Both the position numbers and the translations under genes were made by a program. A stretch of DNA of 64,000 nt from Naegleria gruberi (lineage: Eukaryota), in assembly GCA_000004985.1 (NCBI GenBank), contig GG738865.1; one strand, written 5' to 3'. The notes below the pieces were generated by a model. It was not told where the DNA came from, ran no database searches, and saw nothing but the letters and a program-made list of their open reading frames with translations. Positions 56,149 to 64,000 of this stretch are shown piece after piece (position 1 is the first letter of the stretch; the number at the start of each line of letters is the position of its first letter).

Positions 56149-56426
56149 TTTGTTCTTTTTTCATATGTTGTTATTAGTACTCTCTTTGTTCATTGTTGTT
56201 GTATCCAATATATATTGGAACACTTTCATTCATAGGTAAGGTTACATTGGCTGTTTGTTGAATAATGAAGCAGAGAATTCAACATGTTTTCAGACTAGTC
56301 AATAAATATCTTAGAGTCATCATTACTAAAGAATCTTCCTTATTGCTGTTTCATACATCAATGATTGCTTCAAACCTATTTAAAATCACCATTTGATGAT
56401 CAATTAAAATCAAAAATCATTAAAAA

Positions 56427-58334
56427 ATGCAAAATTCAACCTCTTCATCTACTTCATCACTCGGAGGAAGTAGCAATGGTAGCACAAAGCCTAAAGTTAA
56501 ACCACTTCCAACAGCTCCACTCACCTCCAATCATCACCAACAACAACAACAACAATATTCAAAATCACCAAATACAACAACTTTTTATCCTCCTCCATCA
56601 TCTTCATCATCTTCATCATTAGCCTCTCATTCATCCAATAATACAAATCATACAAATCATCATCATACAAATAATAATCAATATGAATCTAATCTAACAG
56701 ATCAAGATCAACAAACATTAACCAATACAATTATTAAAGAATATTTAACAGCACAAGATGTAATTGATACATTTAAATTAGATGAACAATATCCATCATT
56801 AAAAACAAGTGAATTATCTTATTTTTATGATTTACTAGATGATGAATTTGATGATTATGGTGAAAATTTATCAATTTTTGAAAAATTTTATTACCATAAT
56901 TCAACTATTCAAAATTTAGATCATTTTAATAATAATTTATCTAATAATAATAATAATTTATTAAATAATAATAATTTATCTAATAATAATAATTCTAATA
57001 ATTTAAATAATTTATCTAATAATAATTTAAATAATAATAATTTAATTAATTCAAATTTTAATATTGAAAGTAAAATTGATGAAAAAATGATAATTAATGA
57101 ATTAAATTCCAATTCTGAAATGACAAGATTAAAATCAATTAGAGATTTAAAATTACTTGTAAAATATAAAAAAGAATATTCCATATTTATATTACCACAA
57201 TTATTTTCCTTATATAGTACAATTGAAGATGAAGAACATTATAAACAAAATTATGAATTTAATTCAACATTTCAAATATTACAAGTTATTACTTTTATTA
57301 GTGAAAATTATTCAATTGAATGTAAAAAAGAATATTCAAATCATTTTTATAACATGTTATATATTTTATCAAAAAGGAAATTACCTAAAAAGTATACAAA
57401 CAAATTTATTATAATTAATTTTTTAAAATTATTAAATATTTACATGCCAAATTATTTAATTGATAAAAATGATTTTTATGAATTTGAAAATATTGCATTT
57501 CCTTATTATATTAAATTTATTTCTTTAAATTTTATTTTATTTAATTCTTTATATTTTAATTTTATTTTAAAATCTTTAAAAATTACAAATTTGGAAATTA
57601 AAAATGAAATTGAAAATATTATTGATTTTTATTTTTATATTTTTAATGAATTTAAATATACTAAATATGTAATTAATCAATTAAAAGATTTATTTTCAAT
57701 TATTAATGAAAAATATTTAAATTCTACTTTACAATATTTTATTAATTTATTTAAAAATGAAAAATTAATTTTAGTAATGATTTTAAATAGTATTAATTTT
57801 AAATATTTAAAAAATTTAAATATTTTAGAAATTTTAAATGAAAATTTATTAAATAATTTTGAAAATAATTTAAAATTACTTGATATAGGTGAACAAGTAA
57901 TTTTATTTAATAATTTATTTAATTTATTTAATATTTTATTTAAATTTAATGATAATTTAATTTCTATTTTTATTAAATTACATGAAAATTATTTTGAAAA
58001 TATTTATAAACCATATCATTCATGTTTAAATTTTATTAATAATAGAATTAAATATACAAAATTAGAAAATGTTAAAATACAAGATGTTACAATTAAAATT
58101 TTAATTATTTTTAAAAATTTAATTAAAAAATCAAATTTTGATGAAATTATTTATAATTATTATAAATATTCAATTATTAATAATAATTTTAATATTTTAA
58201 ATTTAAATGAATTTAATCAATGTTTAATTCAAATATTAAAAAATAATAATAATTTAAATATTGATTTATTAAATGAAATTAAATTATTAACAGATAATGA
58301 TGATTTAATTCAATTAATTAATGAAAAATGTTAA
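56427..58334 (+). CDS. Low-complexity Asn/Ile/Leu/Lys-rich protein of unknown function.
   Basis: It is an uninterrupted 635-codon frame. The first third has ordinary composition with Ser/Gln/His runs. The last roughly 1.4 kb is nearly 90% AT, with long AAT (Asn) codon arrays, yet has no stop codon in frame. Confidence 0.5.
   Translation: MQNSTSSSTSSLGGSSNGSTKPKVKPLPTAPLTSNHHQQQQQQYSKSPNTTTFYPPPSSSSSSSLASHSSNNTNHTNHHHTNNNQYESNLTDQDQQTLTNTIIKEYLTAQDVIDTFKLDEQYPSLKTSELSYFYDLLDDEFDDYGENLSIFEKFYYHNSTIQNLDHFNNNLSNNNNNLLNNNNLSNNNNSNNLNNLSNNNLNNNNLINSNFNIESKIDEKMIINELNSNSEMTRLKSIRDLKLLVKYKKEYSIFILPQLFSLYSTIEDEEHYKQNYEFNSTFQILQVITFISENYSIECKKEYSNHFYNMLYILSKRKLPKKYTNKFIIINFLKLLNIYMPNYLIDKNDFYEFENIAFPYYIKFISLNFILFNSLYFNFILKSLKITNLEIKNEIENIIDFYFYIFNEFKYTKYVINQLKDLFSIINEKYLNSTLQYFINLFKNEKLILVMILNSINFKYLKNLNILEILNENLLNNFENNLKLLDIGEQVILFNNLFNLFNILFKFNDNLISIFIKLHENYFENIYKPYHSCLNFINNRIKYTKLENVKIQDVTIKILIIFKNLIKKSNFDEIIYNYYKYSIINNNFNILNLNEFNQCLIQILKNNNNLNIDLLNEIKLLTDNDDLIQLINEKC
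56935..57060 (+). repeat. AAT/AAT-TTA codon microsatellite array encoding poly-Asn/Leu (NNNLSNNNNNLLNNNN...).
   Basis: Read directly from the sequence. It lies within CDS 56427..58334. Confidence 0.7.
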
Positions 58335-58883
58335 ATATTTGATTAATTATTATAATAAAAATACAAATTTGTAATTTTATCAAGTTATTCTTATCTAAAT
58401 GATCCAATTCAATAATTTTACAGTAATAAATGTTCTATATGAACTCCTTTCCCTTGTCAGTTAAAATCTGATCATTAATCACATATAATTAGATGTTATA
58501 TGTTCATATCAATATTTAGCAGTTAATTGTTTGTGTGTTCTGATATTCCTTTTTTCCTCATCTTCTATTTCATTTTCAATTAGAAGATGAAAGAGTTCGC
58601 ATCACCACACAGAAAAACACAAACGTTGAACTCTATTAATAAATCCATGATGAAAATGCAACACTTTTAAAAAAATAGAAGAAAATAACAATAGCTGTAC
58701 AAATCATTAACGTGATCTGATCAACAACAAAAGCCTTTATTTTTGAAAAATCAAAACAACACGACTACATTTTGATCATATTATACAATATCGGATCAGC
58801 CTCATCACCTACAATAATATAACTCGTTATTATTAAATCATTAAATCAAAATACATCAACCTATATAAATATATAAAAATAAA

Positions 58884-59516
58884 ATGTTAGAAGCAATATT
58901 TGGTAAGAAAAAGACACCTAAAGAATTACTTCGTGAATATAAAAGAAATATTGAACGTACAATGAGACAAATGGAAAGAGAAAGATTAAAATTACAAAAT
59001 CAAGAAAAGAAATTAATTAATGATATGCGTCGTTTGGCAAGACAAAATCAAATGGAAACAGTTAAAATTATGGCTAAAGATTTAGTTCGTACACGTAATC
59101 ATATAACTAAAATGCACAAAATGAATGCTCAACTTCAAGCAATTTCATTAAAATTGACAACTTTAAATTCAACAAATGAAATGACACAAGCAATGAAAGG
59201 AATGACAAGAACAATGACATTAATGAACAAACGTTTAAATTTACCTGAAATGCAAAAGATTATGCAAGAATTTATGAAACAAAATGAAATGATGGATATG
59301 AAAGAAGAAATGATGGGAGATATGATGGATGATGTTATGGAAGATGATGAAGTTGAAGAAGATGAATTAGTAAATCAAGTTTTAGATGAAATTGGTTTAG
59401 ATATGAGTGGTAAATTAGGTAAAACTCCAAATAATAAGATTTTAAATGAAGAAACAGAACAACAAGATAATACAGATGATTTACAAGAACGTTTAGAAAA
59501 TTTAAGAAAGAATTAA
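58884..59516 (+). CDS. ESCRT-III subunit CHMP2 / Vps2 (Snf7 family).
   Basis: MLEAIFGKKKTPKELLREYKR...IMAKDLVRTR...AMKGMTRTM...MQEFMKQNEMMDMKEEMM...LQERLENLRKN is collinear with human CHMP2A (MDLLFGRRKTPEELLRQNQR...LEERLKNLRRD). Confidence 0.85.
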   Translation: MLEAIFGKKKTPKELLREYKRNIERTMRQMERERLKLQNQEKKLINDMRRLARQNQMETVKIMAKDLVRTRNHITKMHKMNAQLQAISLKLTTLNSTNEMTQAMKGMTRTMTLMNKRLNLPEMQKIMQEFMKQNEMMDMKEEMMGDMMDDVMEDDEVEEDELVNQVLDEIGLDMSGKLGKTPNNKILNEETEQQDNTDDLQERLENLRKN

Positions 59517-59701
59517 TTTTTTAGTACCCTTTCTTTGTAAATATATTAAACAATTTTTGTAATTCTATTATTTTTTAATTTGATCTCTATTATTATTATT
59601 TGTTTTTACTCAAATCATTCGAGAATTGAGGTGAAAATAAATTTCAATCAAGGCTTGATGTTTTTTTTAAAAAAATGAAAAGCCTTTAATCGGATCACAA
59701 C

Positions 59702-59751
59702 NNNNNNNNNNNNNNNNNNNNNNNNNNNNNNNNNNNNNNNNNNNNNNNNNN
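59702..59751. other. Assembly gap (50 N).
   Basis: Run of N. Confidence 1.
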
Positions 59752-60374
59752 TTGTTGGGACTACTGCTCTTGATTGCATTTTGCAGCTCGACTTCTTTCA
59801 TTCATGCACAAGAAGAACAACAAGCAGGAAGACAACATCCACAACCTTCAGGAATGAGACCAAGACCACCACGTCCAATTCATTCAGGAGAAAGACCACC
59901 AAGACCTCATCCTGAACACTCTGGAATAAGACCAAGACCATCTGGAGGACACAAACTCCATCCACAGCCAAGACCTTCAGGAATGAGACCACGTCCATCT
60001 TATGCTCGTCCAAGACCTTCTGGACCAAAACCTCGTCCACCAGGACCAAAACATTCAGGACAAAGACCACCACGTCCACAGCTCCACCAAAAGATTCTAC
60101 AACTATTGAGCCAGACAATGATATTGCTCAAAATCAAACTGGAGAAATTTACCATGGAGAAAAGGAAGGAAATGAATTGACAATGGAAATTATCATCTTT
60201 TCTAGTGTTGGAGCTGGAATTTTATTGATTGGAGTTGTAATTGCTATTGCTCTTGTTAATTTCTTGATTTTGAAAAATAACAAGACTAAATTTCAAACTC
60301 ATACTGAACTTGTGGATGATGAAGCTGATACTACAAGAATTTTGGGTATTAACGATGGATCTGTTCATGCCTAA
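59752..60374 (+). CDS. Pro/Arg-rich repeat type-I membrane protein. It is 5'-truncated by the gap and has an internal frame discontinuity.
   Basis: A signal-peptide-like start (LGLLLLIAFCSSTSFIHA) lies immediately after the N-gap. RP(R/P)PSG repeats follow in frame 1 to 60180. The TM helix (IIIFSSVGAGILLIGVVIAIALVNFLIL) and cytoplasmic tail are in another frame, open from 59916 to 60374. Confidence 0.4.
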
Positions 60375-60660
60375 ATAAAAAGTCAATATAATTCAAACCT
60401 TGATATTACACCAAGTTTACAACACAGTTTTATTCAATTTTAGAAAGATCCAATGGTAAGATTTTGTTCTTTCAAGGAAACAATCTTTTGAGGACTCGAA
60501 AATTTCAACACCCATCACTAGCAATCGTATATCTCTCTTCATTCAAAACTGTCAAAGATCTTATTAACTGAGGTCAGTACCTCCATCCAAATCCTTTAAA
60601 AACCTTCTTTAATCCTCACTCCCAAATCTCTCCCAGCAACGTTTTTTCCCACAATGGTCA

Positions 60661-63600
60661 NNNNNNNNNNNNNNNNNNNNNNNNNNNNNNNNNNNNNNNN
60701 NNNNNNNNNNNNNNNNNNNNNNNNNNNNNNNNNNNNNNNNNNNNNNNNNNNNNNNNNNNNNNNNNNNNNNNNNNNNNNNNNNNNNNNNNNNNNNNNNNNN
60801 NNNNNNNNNNNNNNNNNNNNNNNNNNNNNNNNNNNNNNNNNNNNNNNNNNNNNNNNNNNNNNNNNNNNNNNNNNNNNNNNNNNNNNNNNNNNNNNNNNNN
60901 NNNNNNNNNNNNNNNNNNNNNNNNNNNNNNNNNNNNNNNNNNNNNNNNNNNNNNNNNNNNNNNNNNNNNNNNNNNNNNNNNNNNNNNNNNNNNNNNNNNN
61001 NNNNNNNNNNNNNNNNNNNNNNNNNNNNNNNNNNNNNNNNNNNNNNNNNNNNNNNNNNNNNNNNNNNNNNNNNNNNNNNNNNNNNNNNNNNNNNNNNNNN
61101 NNNNNNNNNNNNNNNNNNNNNNNNNNNNNNNNNNNNNNNNNNNNNNNNNNNNNNNNNNNNNNNNNNNNNNNNNNNNNNNNNNNNNNNNNNNNNNNNNNNN
61201 NNNNNNNNNNNNNNNNNNNNNNNNNNNNNNNNNNNNNNNNNNNNNNNNNNNNNNNNNNNNNNNNNNNNNNNNNNNNNNNNNNNNNNNNNNNNNNNNNNNN
61301 NNNNNNNNNNNNNNNNNNNNNNNNNNNNNNNNNNNNNNNNNNNNNNNNNNNNNNNNNNNNNNNNNNNNNNNNNNNNNNNNNNNNNNNNNNNNNNNNNNNN
61401 NNNNNNNNNNNNNNNNNNNNNNNNNNNNNNNNNNNNNNNNNNNNNNNNNNNNNNNNNNNNNNNNNNNNNNNNNNNNNNNNNNNNNNNNNNNNNNNNNNNN
61501 NNNNNNNNNNNNNNNNNNNNNNNNNNNNNNNNNNNNNNNNNNNNNNNNNNNNNNNNNNNNNNNNNNNNNNNNNNNNNNNNNNNNNNNNNNNNNNNNNNNN
61601 NNNNNNNNNNNNNNNNNNNNNNNNNNNNNNNNNNNNNNNNNNNNNNNNNNNNNNNNNNNNNNNNNNNNNNNNNNNNNNNNNNNNNNNNNNNNNNNNNNNN
61701 NNNNNNNNNNNNNNNNNNNNNNNNNNNNNNNNNNNNNNNNNNNNNNNNNNNNNNNNNNNNNNNNNNNNNNNNNNNNNNNNNNNNNNNNNNNNNNNNNNNN
61801 NNNNNNNNNNNNNNNNNNNNNNNNNNNNNNNNNNNNNNNNNNNNNNNNNNNNNNNNNNNNNNNNNNNNNNNNNNNNNNNNNNNNNNNNNNNNNNNNNNNN
61901 NNNNNNNNNNNNNNNNNNNNNNNNNNNNNNNNNNNNNNNNNNNNNNNNNNNNNNNNNNNNNNNNNNNNNNNNNNNNNNNNNNNNNNNNNNNNNNNNNNNN
62001 NNNNNNNNNNNNNNNNNNNNNNNNNNNNNNNNNNNNNNNNNNNNNNNNNNNNNNNNNNNNNNNNNNNNNNNNNNNNNNNNNNNNNNNNNNNNNNNNNNNN
62101 NNNNNNNNNNNNNNNNNNNNNNNNNNNNNNNNNNNNNNNNNNNNNNNNNNNNNNNNNNNNNNNNNNNNNNNNNNNNNNNNNNNNNNNNNNNNNNNNNNNN
62201 NNNNNNNNNNNNNNNNNNNNNNNNNNNNNNNNNNNNNNNNNNNNNNNNNNNNNNNNNNNNNNNNNNNNNNNNNNNNNNNNNNNNNNNNNNNNNNNNNNNN
62301 NNNNNNNNNNNNNNNNNNNNNNNNNNNNNNNNNNNNNNNNNNNNNNNNNNNNNNNNNNNNNNNNNNNNNNNNNNNNNNNNNNNNNNNNNNNNNNNNNNNN
62401 NNNNNNNNNNNNNNNNNNNNNNNNNNNNNNNNNNNNNNNNNNNNNNNNNNNNNNNNNNNNNNNNNNNNNNNNNNNNNNNNNNNNNNNNNNNNNNNNNNNN
62501 NNNNNNNNNNNNNNNNNNNNNNNNNNNNNNNNNNNNNNNNNNNNNNNNNNNNNNNNNNNNNNNNNNNNNNNNNNNNNNNNNNNNNNNNNNNNNNNNNNNN
62601 NNNNNNNNNNNNNNNNNNNNNNNNNNNNNNNNNNNNNNNNNNNNNNNNNNNNNNNNNNNNNNNNNNNNNNNNNNNNNNNNNNNNNNNNNNNNNNNNNNNN
62701 NNNNNNNNNNNNNNNNNNNNNNNNNNNNNNNNNNNNNNNNNNNNNNNNNNNNNNNNNNNNNNNNNNNNNNNNNNNNNNNNNNNNNNNNNNNNNNNNNNNN
62801 NNNNNNNNNNNNNNNNNNNNNNNNNNNNNNNNNNNNNNNNNNNNNNNNNNNNNNNNNNNNNNNNNNNNNNNNNNNNNNNNNNNNNNNNNNNNNNNNNNNN
62901 NNNNNNNNNNNNNNNNNNNNNNNNNNNNNNNNNNNNNNNNNNNNNNNNNNNNNNNNNNNNNNNNNNNNNNNNNNNNNNNNNNNNNNNNNNNNNNNNNNNN
63001 NNNNNNNNNNNNNNNNNNNNNNNNNNNNNNNNNNNNNNNNNNNNNNNNNNNNNNNNNNNNNNNNNNNNNNNNNNNNNNNNNNNNNNNNNNNNNNNNNNNN
63101 NNNNNNNNNNNNNNNNNNNNNNNNNNNNNNNNNNNNNNNNNNNNNNNNNNNNNNNNNNNNNNNNNNNNNNNNNNNNNNNNNNNNNNNNNNNNNNNNNNNN
63201 NNNNNNNNNNNNNNNNNNNNNNNNNNNNNNNNNNNNNNNNNNNNNNNNNNNNNNNNNNNNNNNNNNNNNNNNNNNNNNNNNNNNNNNNNNNNNNNNNNNN
63301 NNNNNNNNNNNNNNNNNNNNNNNNNNNNNNNNNNNNNNNNNNNNNNNNNNNNNNNNNNNNNNNNNNNNNNNNNNNNNNNNNNNNNNNNNNNNNNNNNNNN
63401 NNNNNNNNNNNNNNNNNNNNNNNNNNNNNNNNNNNNNNNNNNNNNNNNNNNNNNNNNNNNNNNNNNNNNNNNNNNNNNNNNNNNNNNNNNNNNNNNNNNN
63501 NNNNNNNNNNNNNNNNNNNNNNNNNNNNNNNNNNNNNNNNNNNNNNNNNNNNNNNNNNNNNNNNNNNNNNNNNNNNNNNNNNNNNNNNNNNNNNNNNNNN

Positions 63601-64000
63601 NNNNNNNNNNNNNNNNNNNNNNNNNNNNNNNNNNNNNNNNNNNNNNNNNNNNNNNNNNNNNNNNNNNNNNNNNNNNNNNNNNNNNNNNNNNNNNNNNNNN
63701 NNNNNNNNNNNNNNNNNNNNNNNNNNNNNNNNNNNNNNNNNNNNNNNNNNNNNNNNNNNNNNNNNNNNNNNNNNNNNNNNNNNNNNNNNNNNNNNNNNNN
63801 NNNNNNNNNNNNNNNNNNNNNNNNNNNNNNNNNNNNNNNNNNNNNNNNNNNNNNNNNNNNNNNNNNNNNNNNNNNNNNNNNNNNNNNNNNNNNNNNNNNN
63901 NNNNNNNNNNNNNNNNNNNNNNNNNNNNNNNNNNNNNNNNNNNNNNNNNNNNNNNNNNNNNNNNNNNNNNNNNNNNNNNNNNNNNNNNNNNNNNNNNNNN
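60661..64000. other. Assembly gap (3340 N) to the end of the window.
   Basis: Run of N. Confidence 1.

Noticed and set aside
1-64000. CRISPR arrays, rRNA, and transposon ORFs (RT, integrase, transposase).
   Set aside because: I saw no direct-repeat/spacer arrays, no rDNA-like conserved blocks, and no RT- or transposase-like translations in any frame. All long ORFs match cellular protein families.

Overview
This 64 kb window is nuclear genomic DNA from an AT-rich eukaryote. Coding GC is roughly 30-35% and intergenic GC about 20%. Coding regions carry poly-Asn, Gln and Ser runs. Introns are short (38-173 nt) with GTAAGT/GTGAGT donors, pyrimidine-rich tails and AG acceptors. Together these features point to a dictyostelid-like social amoeba. 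The organism call is inference from composition and codon use, not from any search.

The window is gene-dense, with about 32 protein-coding genes on both strands. I found no rRNA, tRNA, CRISPR array or transposon. There are two runs of N: 59702..59751 and 60661..64000.

The supplied ORF track calls TTG and GTG codons as 'M'. I re-anchored gene starts on ATG codons. I also joined ORF fragments into spliced gene models wherever an in-frame GT..AG intron restores a conserved protein alignment.

Genes I recognise by family are UGGT, an EEF1A-KMT4-like methyltransferase, an OLE1-type delta-9 desaturase with cytochrome b5, an Mpo1/DUF962 protein, a receptor-like TKL kinase, an F-box/LRR protein, an HMG-box protein, TAF1, TAF8, an epoxide hydrolase, cytosolic Hsp70, APC8/Cdc23, an IU-nucleoside-hydrolase-like protein, RRP9/U3-55K, RRP45/EXOSC9, a TFIIIC TPR subunit, a WrbA-type NAD(P)H:quinone oxidoreductase, Listerin and CHMP2/Vps2.

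The most interesting observations are these:
- The desaturase carries an N-terminal FAD2-like domain in which all three histidine boxes are lost. This looks like a dead pseudo-desaturase fused to an intact delta-9 desaturase and cytochrome b5.
- An F-box gene is split by a single in-frame TAG codon.
- A palindromic TTTTGGCGCCAAAA motif, which is E2F-like, recurs directly upstream of three genes including APC8/CDC23.
- A 1.4 kb stretch that is nearly 90% AT is still one uninterrupted reading frame.
- A Pro-rich membrane protein next to a gap has a frame discontinuity.
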